From a virus (Duplodnaviria; Caudoviricetes): a DNA stretch of 64,000 nucleotides. The DNA lies in IMG/VR virus record IMGVR_UViG_3300003375_000001, positions 174,518 through 238,517 of that record; one strand, given 5' to 3'. Each line of letters starts with the position of its first letter. Position 1 is the first letter of the stretch. Under the pieces are notes generated by a model. It was not told where the DNA came from and searched no databases. It saw only the letters and a list, made by a program, of their open reading frames with translations. The translations under genes and the position numbers were made by a program. Below are positions 10,733 to 20,410 of the stretch, in pieces.

Positions 10733-11452
10733 TCAGCTAAGGGATTTAACAACACTGTCAGATACTTCTTTATACTGGGTCTGGATATAGTTTGCAAGAC
10801 CTGATTTGATCTCTAGCATTTCGGTGCTGAATACCTGGTAATCGTCCTTCTCCATACGAGGTCTAGCACTTGCTTCTAGCCTTGACAAGGCAGTAACGAT
10901 TTGCACAGCTATATCCATAAAGGCAGGGCGCACATGTCTCTCAACTATGTGCTGCCCTAACATACCTTTGTCCCGTACTGCCTGAACGTCAGCTATCAAT
11001 TCTCGCATTTGAGACACGGTCATGTTGAAACCGTGTATTCCTCTAGCGCCGTGTGACGTACGGACAGGGTGCTCCACAACAGGGAGAATCGATACCATCA
11101 TCTGCAAGAGCGAGCGCAGTATCAGAGTAACGGCACCGTCGTCTTCTCCAAGCTCCAGCATCTGAAGAATTACATCGCTCTTTTCGCCAAACTTAGACTT
11201 AAGTGCCTGTTCGATTTCAGCGTCGCTAGCGGGCGTTGAAACTACAGGCATATCTTTATAGGGCTGGACTATAGCTAAAGCCGTAGTAGAAGACTTAGAT
11301 TTTTTCTTGATCTTCGTCGTTGTGACTATGGCTTCAGGTTCGTCATCCACTGAAAAGGCCGAAGCCCGTCTGCGAGACTTGTCGTTATTAACAGGTTGGC
11401 TGACGGGCTTCGAAGGTGGCTTTTTTGTAGTAGGGAAGGACTGTAGTTTCAC
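10733..11452 (-). CDS. Hypothetical protein
   Basis: 239 aa; basic N-terminus, helical C-terminus; tight operon spacing. Confidence 0.75.
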   Translation of the reverse strand: MKLQSFPTTKKPPSKPVSQPVNNDKSRRRASAFSVDDEPEAIVTTTKIKKKSKSSTTALAIVQPYKDMPVVSTPASDAEIEQALKSKFGEKSDVILQMLELGEDDGAVTLILRSLLQMMVSILPVVEHPVRTSHGARGIHGFNMTVSQMRELIADVQAVRDKGMLGQHIVERHVRPAFMDIAVQIVTALSRLEASARPRMEKDDYQVFSTEMLEIKSGLANYIQTQYKEVSDSVVKSLS

Positions 11453-11466
11453 TTAGAACCTATGGA

Positions 11467-12261
11467 TTACAGAGCAGACATTTCACGGACTTGCTGCAAC
11501 ACAAGGTTCATATACTCCGGGCTGTAAGAATACTGTAGCTTCCAGTATTCTTCTGGCGTCAATTTTGCATCCATAGCAGAAGCCGCTTTAACCTTGTTGC
11601 GAATAGAAGGAATGTTCTTAGTGTCCAACTCGGCAATAGACACGATGACATCGGATGGCACAGCCACTGCTTTCTTGATCGAGTTAGCAACCACAATGGC
11701 GTCACCTTGATCATTGTGACCAATGCACACACCGTAGTCCATGTCAGCGCCATAGCGTGCGGCATTGACGAAAGCAACAAAGTAAGAGGTCTCGGACGTT
11801 GAAGGTGCTACCTTAGCCTGTTGCACAAAAGAGATACGAGGTGTAGAACCACGAGGACTAACACGAGCGCTCTCCAGCAAGTGAGCAAGGTCATCAACAC
11901 CTTGACGGGCTAAGTACTTACCGCTGTGACCTTCTTTCATTTCCCAACGAGTTTGATCCTTCTCGTCCATGTATATGTTTGCAGCTACTTCACGGAAGCC
12001 AGCAACAACAGGACCATCAACCGATCGAACTTCGCGGTTGGGCACAACAAAGCCAACAGCGTAGTTCTTACGCTCGTCTAACCAACGGAAGCTGTCTTTG
12101 ACAGGACGCGCTTGGTTATTCAGGGCCAGAGAGATTTCATCGAACAAAGTATCCTTGTCTTTAACGCCACCCACAATGGTAGCGGTAACAAAAGCCAGCT
12201 TGGCTTCAGGAGCGCTAGCGACAATACGGTACTCGTTGATAGTAGCAAGATTTGAAGGCAT
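11467..12261 (-). CDS. Hypothetical protein, probable virion component
   Basis: 264 aa; AGGA SD upstream; lies in the structural cluster. Confidence 0.75.
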   Translation of the reverse strand: MPSNLATINEYRIVASAPEAKLAFVTATIVGGVKDKDTLFDEISLALNNQARPVKDSFRWLDERKNYAVGFVVPNREVRSVDGPVVAGFREVAANIYMDEKDQTRWEMKEGHSGKYLARQGVDDLAHLLESARVSPRGSTPRISFVQQAKVAPSTSETSYFVAFVNAARYGADMDYGVCIGHNDQGDAIVVANSIKKAVAVPSDVIVSIAELDTKNIPSIRNKVKAASAMDAKLTPEEYWKLQYSYSPEYMNLVLQQVREMSAL

Positions 12262-12317
12262 GGTGTTTTCCTATTTCAGTTTGAAGAGTATGATTGTAAG
12301 GGATGGCTCAACGTCAC

Positions 12318-12941
12318 TTAAGCACCGTTGGCTTCTTTTCGCGTGGGGTCGGAGATTCCGTCATCAGTAAATTCGTCGATTTCGTCATCGTCGTCTTCAC
12401 CGTCAGTAGTAAGTTCGTCTACCAGTTCGTCGTCACTGGTATCGATTTCCTTATCCACTTCTGTATGTGTGTCTTCTGCGTCGGCTTGTTCAACAAAGAA
12501 CTCCATCGGTTCTTCTATTGCCAAACCGTTGTCTTCCATGTATTGCTTACCACGGGCTCGGATTTCGTCTTCGGTGAATAGAACTGCGCGTTCTACCGCT
12601 GACAGAAGGTCTGTCTGAAGAATAGGGCCTGCTGAGGCTATTCCTGGATTGACGCTTTGCACGTCACCGAAGTTGTCATCAGCAACTATCATGGAATTGA
12701 TGAGAGGCCATAAATCGGTTTCAGGTATACCGATAGCCATAGCAAGAGCTGCCACTTGAACAGGCGTGGGGGCAGGAACTAGTTCCATGTACGAGTCCAG
12801 CACCATCAATAGGTGTTCGGAGACAGGTTCAGGAGACAAGGTTTCTTGGACAAGCTCTGGCTCGGATGTTATGTCCAGAATGTCGTCTTCACCTATGGTA
12901 ATTTCGTTTTCGAAAGGCATGATTGAGTTCTCCTGTCCCAT
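12318..12941 (-). CDS. Highly acidic hypothetical protein
   Basis: 207 aa D/E-rich; AGGAG SD upstream. Confidence 0.75.
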   Translation of the reverse strand: MGQENSIMPFENEITIGEDDILDITSEPELVQETLSPEPVSEHLLMVLDSYMELVPAPTPVQVAALAMAIGIPETDLWPLINSMIVADDNFGDVQSVNPGIASAGPILQTDLLSAVERAVLFTEDEIRARGKQYMEDNGLAIEEPMEFFVEQADAEDTHTEVDKEIDTSDDELVDELTTDGEDDDDEIDEFTDDGISDPTRKEANGA

Positions 12942-12974
12942 AAAAATGAGTCAAGTGGCATAGAGCGTAAAAGA

Positions 12975-13256
12975 CTAAAGGTGTGAATGCCTCTTGCCGT
13001 GACACCTATCGCAAAGTGTCAGAAGATTGGCTTTAGACGTGGTTCCACCTCTAGAAAGACGAATAGCATGATGAGTGTCCAGTTTGACCTTTGATCCGTC
13101 ATGGCGAATAGTACCGCCAACGGCTTTACAGGACATACAGGTTTTGTCATCACGCTGCTGCACTTCATTAACAGTGGTGTACCATTTAGGCCCGTAGGTA
13201 TCGCGCCTGATTTTTGCTACACCACTGCCTTTTGCATATCGAGCACGCGGTCTCAC
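12975..13256 (-). CDS. Small HNH endonuclease
   Basis: CMSC...DTHHAIRLSRGG..SKANLLTLCDRCH (CxxC + HNH + CxxCH). Confidence 0.88.
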   Translation of the reverse strand: MRPRARYAKGSGVAKIRRDTYGPKWYTTVNEVQQRDDKTCMSCKAVGGTIRHDGSKVKLDTHHAIRLSRGGTTSKANLLTLCDRCHGKRHSHL

Positions 13257-13295
13257 TTGTGTTTGTCCTTTGGCTTAGTAGAAGGAATCCACCAG

Positions 13296-14099
13296 TTAAA
13301 AATGCGAAGGTAGTACCCCAGCAGTAGTCCTTGAATCATAGCTGTCCATTCGTTCGCCCGATATAGCGTTTATAATTGGCACCTTTTTAAGGATAGCAAC
13401 GGCCCCGCTAGCCATACCTTGCCAGTAAGAGTCGTAACCCTTGGCTAGCAAGGACTTAAAGAATTCGCTGGTTTCTTCGCCGTACCATTCGTCCTGCTCG
13501 TCTTCAGTAGGTATATAAAGCTTGCGTACGTCTATGTAGCAAGCCCATACTTTTCCTGAGCCATTACCTGTGTACTCGTCTTTAGCATACTGAATGTCTT
13601 CAGCAAACCACAAGCCGTTGGAGGGAATCCTGAATTGCATATTCCCTGTATGTGGTGTACCATGAAACATAATCCTAGGTAGCTTCGAACTCTTGAAAGG
13701 GTTCTCTATTACGTGATTTGGCCAAAAGTCAAACTTGGTCATAAGACTATTTATAGCGGAGTCAGACGTAGACGCTGGTCCTGGAATCCTAGTGGCTGTT
13801 TCCAGCCTGGCCTGAATCTGTTCGAGGTGCTTATCGATAGTGCTAACGACACTAGCGTGTACCATCTTCTGAAAGATGTCTGTAACGTAGGCAAAGTTGT
13901 CGCCTTTACCTTGTTTAGCTGCAGCCTTCTTAGCTTCGTTCCATTTCTTTTCAAGCTCAGAGACGGAACCTTTACCTTCAGACGCTAACTTCTTTATGTA
14001 AGGTGTTGGCATTGCAGTTTCCTCATTACGGTCGTTACCTAGGCCTTGACGCCTTTCCTTTAGCCGTCGTAGCCATCTATCAATTTTCTCTTCCATCAC
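13296..14099 (-). CDS. Small helical N-domain fused to an ADP-ribosyltransferase-like domain
   Basis: MFHGT, GLWFAED, AKDEY, KVWACYI and GYDS pattern of ART-PolyVal-like domains. Second start at 14012 (MPTPYIKK) has a GAGG SD. Confidence 0.65.
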   Translation of the reverse strand: MMEEKIDRWLRRLKERRQGLGNDRNEETAMPTPYIKKLASEGKGSVSELEKKWNEAKKAAAKQGKGDNFAYVTDIFQKMVHASVVSTIDKHLEQIQARLETATRIPGPASTSDSAINSLMTKFDFWPNHVIENPFKSSKLPRIMFHGTPHTGNMQFRIPSNGLWFAEDIQYAKDEYTGNGSGKVWACYIDVRKLYIPTEDEQDEWYGEETSEFFKSLLAKGYDSYWQGMASGAVAILKKVPIINAISGERMDSYDSRTTAGVLPSHF

Positions 14100-15586
14100 C
14101 AGTACCTCCTGTAGCCATAGCCTGGAGATACAGCGTTTAAGCCAATACCAATAGCACCCATAGCCCCTATCTGACCAGAAGCGTTATCCAGGTCTCCATC
14201 ACCAGAGGTAACTGCCATGATCTTCAGGTTCTGCTTGAACGGTTTCATTTCTGCGTCAAGACGTTGCTGCAAGGTGTCAGCTAAACCTTGGTAATACTGG
14301 GTCTTGTCTGTGTTCAAGGAAATAGCTTGACCTTGAAACTCGAAAGCCTTTTCACCTTCAGCTAGGTATTGCGCACGAAGCATGGCTACTTCCGCGTAAG
14401 ACAGCCAGTACTCTCTAATACCTCCGGACGCATTGGTCATGTCAAAAGACGTTATCATGCCTGAAGCAGCATTGAACATATCTTTAGCTCTACGTAGCCA
14501 TGCGATAATAGTAGTGGTATCAAACAGCGTATCGGGGAAGCCTAGCATTGTTGTTCTAGCCTTCATCACTAACTGGCGCACATCTTCTATAGCATTCAGC
14601 ATAGAACTGTTTACCACGTATAGCCTGCCGGTTTCTCGATTGTTAGGCCCAGAACCGTCGTTGTATTTCCAGCTTAGATTGAAGGGCTCTAAGCTTGCTT
14701 TCAACACTGAAGTGTCTATCTGAGTTGAGTAGTACCAACCGCCGGATACCCTAGACTTAGTGTTTACTACCGAGTAATGAACAACCAGGTTGTTGCCTTG
14801 ATAGACTTCGATTCCTACGCTTGCGTATAGGCGATCAAGGACTAGCCCCGGTTGTGCGAGGTCACCGTACATTTCAACAGGGCTATCAGGACCTAGAGGT
14901 ACAGACGACTGGCCCAGAACGGTGACGCCTTCTGACATCACCTGGACGTTCGTTGGGTTTGTTGGGTCTAGGTGAAGTTCCCAACGAATCTGATAGCGTT
15001 GAGCTTCCAGTGTAGGAGGTGTCTCTGAGGGTACGTTAACAACGGCCAACGCGGTAACGTCAGTGGACATAGAGCCGTTGTTGATTGTATAGCTATAGGC
15101 ATTACCTGTAGAGTATAAGGTACCTAGGCTATCAATCAACGACCATTTTACAAATCCCTGAGAAACATCAGTTCCTGCGGGAAGCATAAAGAATGCTGTT
15201 CCCACAGACGCGTCGCCCGCTTGGATACTATCAACGAGAGCTTGGAAGGCGTTTGGGCTTTTGGTAGAGTAAGGCACACTGAGATCGATGTCAACTAGAA
15301 CCGCAATGGTCACAGTCAACGTTCGAGCTCCCGAGGTCGTTACTTGCAGTTGAGTGCCGTAAGTTGTACCTAGTACTCCACTGTTAGCAGGGAGAGTGAA
15401 AGTTGTCGAGGACGTAGGAACTACAGGAGTTCCGTACGTCAACATAGGTGTAGTCGCCGGTATGGTTTGAACAATTGTTACCGACGTTACTGTCTCGCCT
15501 GTTAGAAGCAGGGGTGTAACGTCTACAGTAAAGGACGAAGCCTGGTCGTCCTTAAAGTAAACAAGAGGTTGAATATTGTTTGACAT
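14096..15586 (-). CDS. Probable head-tail adaptor/neck protein with N-terminal beta-sandwich domains
   Basis: C-terminal helical region (AMLRAQYLAEGEKAFEFQGQAISLNTDK) resembles large-myophage neck proteins; family assignment from recall. Confidence 0.55.
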   Translation of the reverse strand: MSNNIQPLVYFKDDQASSFTVDVTPLLLTGETVTSVTIVQTIPATTPMLTYGTPVVPTSSTTFTLPANSGVLGTTYGTQLQVTTSGARTLTVTIAVLVDIDLSVPYSTKSPNAFQALVDSIQAGDASVGTAFFMLPAGTDVSQGFVKWSLIDSLGTLYSTGNAYSYTINNGSMSTDVTALAVVNVPSETPPTLEAQRYQIRWELHLDPTNPTNVQVMSEGVTVLGQSSVPLGPDSPVEMYGDLAQPGLVLDRLYASVGIEVYQGNNLVVHYSVVNTKSRVSGGWYYSTQIDTSVLKASLEPFNLSWKYNDGSGPNNRETGRLYVVNSSMLNAIEDVRQLVMKARTTMLGFPDTLFDTTTIIAWLRRAKDMFNAASGMITSFDMTNASGGIREYWLSYAEVAMLRAQYLAEGEKAFEFQGQAISLNTDKTQYYQGLADTLQQRLDAEMKPFKQNLKIMAVTSGDGDLDNASGQIGAMGAIGIGLNAVSPGYGYRRYW

Positions 15587-15594
15587 CAGGTTCC

Positions 15595-16731
15595 TTAGTC
15601 TCTGTCTTCAGTTGTATAGTAAACAGGCTTACCTACTGCGGTAGTTAACTCAGGGCTAGCTGGTATGTAGCCACTCGATGGAGACGTCCTAAATATGTAG
15701 TAGGTACCAAAACCTCCTGGCCCCGTTTCCCATCGACCTTTGTTCTTTAGTATTTCTACTATGGCGTTGAAGGCTTCAGGTAGCAACTTACGGGTGAATG
15801 GACCAAAGTTGTGATCTGTGCCCTCTACGTGTGTCTTCAGATTTTTATCCCGAGCCTTGTTTATTTTATCTAGGAGTACTTTGACTGCGTGGTTAAGAGG
15901 CATAGACTTAGGAAACGATAACTCTCCGTCATCAACTCCTAGCCTGGCCCAAGAAAACCGTCCACCGTCTTTAGTGAGTTTGTACGCAGGCGCGAGCATG
16001 TACTCGTCTTTAATACCCTCGTAACTAACTATCTTTATTTCCCTCAGGCCTTCGGGGTCAGTGGCTACATAGTCAAAGAGCCCCTTGTTATAACCGTAAG
16101 GCCTCTTTTCTACAGTCCATCTCGGCAAAGCTGTCTTCAATTCTTTAAGTACACTTTCGGGAGAAGTATCTGTTACCATCTGCCCAGACTTCTGCTCCTC
16201 TTCTAGCTCAGAGGTTAGCGAGTTCAGGATAAAAGGCCAGGAACCTTTAAGCTTGGGCAAGTATTCGTCATTGGCTACTTGCTCAACAACATCTTCCCCC
16301 TCAGGTGTTAGCTCCGCTTTCAGAAGTTCTAGTTTGCGTAAGCTATCACTTATAACCTTAAAGCAAGCAGAGCCTTTTAATTTATCTGTACCTAGTGGGC
16401 CAAAAGGTCTTTCTATAGCATGAGCAACCTTATGCAAACGTGTGGAAGTATCCTCTTCCACAGCGTACGATAGAATGAAAGTAATGGACTCTAGGGCATG
16501 TGTAAGAGTAGTGAAAGGTAAGTAAGCCTTATTGTAGTAGTAGTCACTATGAACATTACCTTTTTTGCCCCTTGCTTTATTAAGGCACTTATCAAACCTC
16601 ATCCTAGAACACAAAGATTTTATCTTTGGTAAGACCTGCTCAGCTAAAATAGCAACCTGCTCAGGCGTGAACGGTTGAGCTGAGGTCACCTTAAGACGGG
16701 CGGCTATCTCTCTAACGTGCTTGGCAATCAT
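15595..16731 (-). CDS. Hypothetical, candidate internal head protein
   Basis: 378 aa; N-terminal KHVREIAARL motif shared with neighbouring genes. Confidence 0.7.
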   Translation of the reverse strand: MIAKHVREIAARLKVTSAQPFTPEQVAILAEQVLPKIKSLCSRMRFDKCLNKARGKKGNVHSDYYYNKAYLPFTTLTHALESITFILSYAVEEDTSTRLHKVAHAIERPFGPLGTDKLKGSACFKVISDSLRKLELLKAELTPEGEDVVEQVANDEYLPKLKGSWPFILNSLTSELEEEQKSGQMVTDTSPESVLKELKTALPRWTVEKRPYGYNKGLFDYVATDPEGLREIKIVSYEGIKDEYMLAPAYKLTKDGGRFSWARLGVDDGELSFPKSMPLNHAVKVLLDKINKARDKNLKTHVEGTDHNFGPFTRKLLPEAFNAIVEILKNKGRWETGPGGFGTYYIFRTSPSSGYIPASPELTTAVGKPVYYTTEDRD

Positions 16732-17303
16732 GAGTTGTTTCCTTCATATAAAGTCTTGAGCTTGTCCTGAGCCATATGCAAACGGTGCTTGGCTGCTGGA
16801 TCGAGATTCTTACCTGCGCGGTTGATGTAGAAGTTCAAGGAACCCATAGCAGAGGTCAGGCTTGGGTGAGCCGCCTTGAGACCATGAGCTATCTTGTCAG
16901 GAGTCTGCTTGAAGAAACCTTCTGGAGGAGACCAGCTCGTCTCTACGTTGTCGGTCCAGGCTTTCTCACTAAGCAAGACGGAAGCCCTGTGGTCTTTAGC
17001 CGACCACTTCTTCAGCACTACCTTGTGAGCCTTAGCCTCATCACCTTGCCACTTACCAGCGTTTATAAGAAAGTAAGCTACCTGCATTGCAACGCCAGGA
17101 ACTCCGTATTCGTCAAAAGCCTGTTCCATAGACCGTGCGTAAGCCCGTGCTGAAGGGTCTGCCAAGCTTGGACCCACGGCTACCACGGCTAGGATAGAAG
17201 CAATGACAGGCTCTGGTACGTTAGCCTTACGCAGTTTAGTTGCAAGGTCTTCTACTAAAGCTTGCGTAATAAGTCTGTCGGCTATCTCTTGGATGTGACT
17301 CAT
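16728..17303 (-). CDS. Two-domain protein with C-terminal DUF3175-like domain
   Basis: Start at 17303 (MSHIQEIADRL) by ATGA overlap; SAMGSLNFYINRAGKNL matches the DUF3175 pattern. Confidence 0.7.
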   Translation of the reverse strand: MSHIQEIADRLITQALVEDLATKLRKANVPEPVIASILAVVAVGPSLADPSARAYARSMEQAFDEYGVPGVAMQVAYFLINAGKWQGDEAKAHKVVLKKWSAKDHRASVLLSEKAWTDNVETSWSPPEGFFKQTPDKIAHGLKAAHPSLTSAMGSLNFYINRAGKNLDPAAKHRLHMAQDKLKTLYEGNNS

Positions 17304-17632
17304 TGCAATTGCACCCAGCCTTTCTCTATAGCGTACTTGCGCGCGCTTTCCGTGCAGTCTTCCATCCACTGTAAGGGGATATCCTCAGACGACTCGCTAG
17401 CAACCAGGCAGCACGGACAGCCTTCCATAGCTCGAAGACCTGCGTGTTCTAGAACGTGGTTAGTGATGTTCCACATAGAACCTATCAAGGGGTCAAAGGA
17501 CGGTTCAGCACCCTCTATCTGATTAACCATTTCAGCGTGACAGGCCTCAGCGGTTTGCGCACCAAACTTGGACAGGCCTTTGGCTTCGACAAACTCACGT
17601 AGCTTGTCCCAATGTGTTTGACACCATTGCAT
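17300..17632 (-). CDS. Hypothetical Cys-containing protein
   Basis: 110 aa; AGGAG SD; GCPCCL motif. Confidence 0.7.
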   Translation of the reverse strand: MQWCQTHWDKLREFVEAKGLSKFGAQTAEACHAEMVNQIEGAEPSFDPLIGSMWNITNHVLEHAGLRAMEGCPCCLVASESSEDIPLQWMEDCTESARKYAIEKGWVQLQ

Positions 17633-17641
17633 AAAGAACTC

Positions 17642-18076
17642 CTATTTGTACCTACGTTGATTTCTACGAAGCCGGTCTTCCTCTGCTTTTATCTGAGCAG
17701 CAGTAGGCTCGTATACTTCCCAAACAAGAACTTGCCTGCGAGTTCCTGCGCCTTCAGTGTCTGTTAGCTTACCATTTATCAAGGCCATGACATGTTGACT
17801 ACTCTGAAGGAAATATACACCCTTAGAAAACTGAGCTAATGCGTCAGCTAGAGTATACTTGTCCTTAGCCATGTGTGCATAGTTAGCTTTAGCTTTTAGG
17901 CCTCGGCTGTCCATGATAAAAGTCATGTCAAGTAGAGACCTAGGGTATTCCTCAGGAGTCAACAAAGGTTTCTTAAAGTGAGCTAACACTGCGTTAGTAG
18001 CTACTACACTACAACGATCTGGGCTAATAGCGCTCAACGCCCGGAGACGTTGAGCTATTTCTTGCAAGTGGCTCAC
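17642..18076 (-). CDS. Small protein with papain/C39-like Cys-His-Asp pattern
   Basis: DRCSVVA...GVYFLQSSQHVMALINGKLTD. Confidence 0.5.
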   Translation of the reverse strand: MSHLQEIAQRLRALSAISPDRCSVVATNAVLAHFKKPLLTPEEYPRSLLDMTFIMDSRGLKAKANYAHMAKDKYTLADALAQFSKGVYFLQSSQHVMALINGKLTDTEGAGTRRQVLVWEVYEPTAAQIKAEEDRLRRNQRRYK

Positions 18077-20376
18077 ACTCGTTCAACCCGAGTCTTCAAG
18101 TGGTCTTCCAACTCAGGTGTCAGTGTGATGACTTTAGTCAATCCCATGTCAGGTGCATCAACGATCAGGCGCTTGTCCTTCTTGTTGCTAGACATACGCA
18201 CACCAAATTCCATACCCTTCGTCAACGTGAAACGAGTGCCTCGGAAATTCAGGATGATTGGCTTACCTGTGTATCGCAACCAGGTGTATTCATCAGCACC
18301 TTTGATACGAGAGGTTTCGTCGTTAGAAGTCTTCTTACCAGCTGTCTTTTTCCAAGCGTAAAAGTTATCAATAATGTCCTGTTCCGTTTTGTAATCGTTC
18401 ACGCCTTGATTAGGTAACAGCCTGCCGTTAGGGAGCAGAACAAAGCGAAAGCCTTTCTGCGGACCTTCTACGATCTTGTAACCTGCTGGAAGTGTTTTAG
18501 GCTTAGTAGCAGCTTGGGACTTCTCAAGATCGTCTTCCTTCTTTAAAGGAATTTCTTCAATGTCATCGTCCTCTTCTTCCTCAGCATGGCCACAGTTAGA
18601 ACAAGGTTTGACATCTTCCTTAACTTGTACCTTTTGCTTGTTTTCATCAGGTACTTCGTCAATGTCTTCGTCAGCAGGTTCGACGCTCAAATCACTGTCC
18701 CCAGAAGGCTCTGGGGTAGCCCCAACGGACGGTTTTTCGTCATTCTGCGTAAATGTACTGTCTTTCCCCGAATCGTCAGTTTTCAAGGGAATTTCTTCCA
18801 CTTCATCTTCTGCGGCTTCGGGGTCGTCTTTTGAAGAAACAGGTTCATCTGCACCTTCTGGTACCTTGCCATCAGGATTAGTAGGTACTTCCTTGTCTTC
18901 GTCTGCACGACCGTCATTACCTATGTCTTCGCCATCGTCAGGCTGGTCGTCCCCGACAGGCTCTTGCTCGGAGTTACCTTCCGGTTGACCTTCTTCGTCC
19001 TTGTCTGTAAACTCACGAGGGTGATCGTCACCAGGAGCTTCAGTAGGAACTTCTTCTACTTCCTCGTCGTCATCTTCGCGAGGATCAGTTTCGTCTTTCA
19101 GGTCCTCGCTGGATACGCCTGGACGGGGGCTGTCAGTAACATCGTCAGTAACGGTCTTGTCTCGAGGATGAGGCGTGACGGCGTCTTGAGGTGGAGGATG
19201 CATACCGGAATGAGCGCCTGCAATATCATCAGCAGTCTTTTCCCAAGCTTCGTCTGGGATATCGCCAGACTCAAGCATGTCAGCCAGAGAATTGATAAAG
19301 CCTACCAGCATCTTTTGTTCATCAATACCAGCGGTCTCTGTGCTACCATGAACTACAGAGTGACCAGCAGCCTTCATAGCGGCCTCAGCGAACCAGTGAC
19401 CGCCAACGTGCTTCAAGGCAATCATAGCAGGCGCGTGAACCAAGTGAGACAAACCACCTGTTAGGGCAATACCTCCAGCGAGTGTAGCTGCTTCCACGCC
19501 AAGGCTCTTAATAGCTTTCTTGGAGTGATCGTCTAGTTGGTCCCAGCTACGGATATGAACGAGCTTCGCGATACCGTGTAGCCCGTCTTTAACTTCCTTA
19601 CCTTGATGCAGAAGGTGTTTAGCAAATGCGTGAGACTTATCGCGCAAGTGTTGAGCAGCCGTGCGCCGCTCAGGACTGCCAGCCTGTGTGCCACCGTCCT
19701 GAAAGAACTTAGCCGCTGTAGGTGGCATCTTCTTCAAACGCTGCACAAGGCGTTCCGACAGCTTAGGCTTACCTGGAACTGCGTCGTTTGCTGGCGCGTC
19801 TGTTGGCGGCGTAGCTGGTTGAGGTTGTTGAACTGGTGCTGCCGGTTGAGGGACTACGGCTGGAGGTTGTTGGGGTTGAGGAGGTGTTACGACTGGAGGT
19901 TGGGGTTGGGCCGGTTGCTGTGGAACTTCAGGTTGTTGAGGTGCAGGTTGAGGTGCAGGTTGAGGTGCAGGTTGAGGCTGTTGAACTGGCTGGGGTGCAG
20001 CCGGTTGCACAACTTGAGGTTGAGGCTGTTGCTGATTCAGTTGGTCATGCGCGTACTTGGACGCGGGATGCAGTTGAATATACTGCTGCTGTTGATCGCG
20101 GTTCAAGGAATTCCACCAGGCATCTTGTGCTACTGCGTCTGCTTGCAGTTGATAACCGTATGTGAAAGCTAGGCTCTTAGCTCTGTCGGCTAGACCTACA
20201 ACGTGAGCAAAGGCTACGACCTCTTCGTCAGAAACTCCTGCGATGGTAGCGAAGGTGTTGAGGTATTCACCAAGGACACCTTCATTTGGCTTCACTGTAG
20301 AAGCTTGAATACTAGGACGATCGTTGATGAAGGTACGAACGCGGGCGTAAGCGGAAAGAGTAATAGGCTTGTTCAT
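18073..20376 (-). CDS. Large low-complexity protein (Pro/Gln tract, hydrophobic helices, acidic tract)
   Basis: 767 aa; WWNSLNRDQQQQYIQLHPASKY motif; QPAPQPAPQP repeats; long D/E-rich region. Confidence 0.8.
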   Translation of the reverse strand: MNKPITLSAYARVRTFINDRPSIQASTVKPNEGVLGEYLNTFATIAGVSDEEVVAFAHVVGLADRAKSLAFTYGYQLQADAVAQDAWWNSLNRDQQQQYIQLHPASKYAHDQLNQQQPQPQVVQPAAPQPVQQPQPAPQPAPQPAPQQPEVPQQPAQPQPPVVTPPQPQQPPAVVPQPAAPVQQPQPATPPTDAPANDAVPGKPKLSERLVQRLKKMPPTAAKFFQDGGTQAGSPERRTAAQHLRDKSHAFAKHLLHQGKEVKDGLHGIAKLVHIRSWDQLDDHSKKAIKSLGVEAATLAGGIALTGGLSHLVHAPAMIALKHVGGHWFAEAAMKAAGHSVVHGSTETAGIDEQKMLVGFINSLADMLESGDIPDEAWEKTADDIAGAHSGMHPPPQDAVTPHPRDKTVTDDVTDSPRPGVSSEDLKDETDPREDDDEEVEEVPTEAPGDDHPREFTDKDEEGQPEGNSEQEPVGDDQPDDGEDIGNDGRADEDKEVPTNPDGKVPEGADEPVSSKDDPEAAEDEVEEIPLKTDDSGKDSTFTQNDEKPSVGATPEPSGDSDLSVEPADEDIDEVPDENKQKVQVKEDVKPCSNCGHAEEEEDDDIEEIPLKKEDDLEKSQAATKPKTLPAGYKIVEGPQKGFRFVLLPNGRLLPNQGVNDYKTEQDIIDNFYAWKKTAGKKTSNDETSRIKGADEYTWLRYTGKPIILNFRGTRFTLTKGMEFGVRMSSNKKDKRLIVDAPDMGLTKVITLTPELEDHLKTRVERV

Positions 20377-20410
20377 TTATTTCTCCGACGTGTCTGTGTA
20401 AAGAGGTTGT

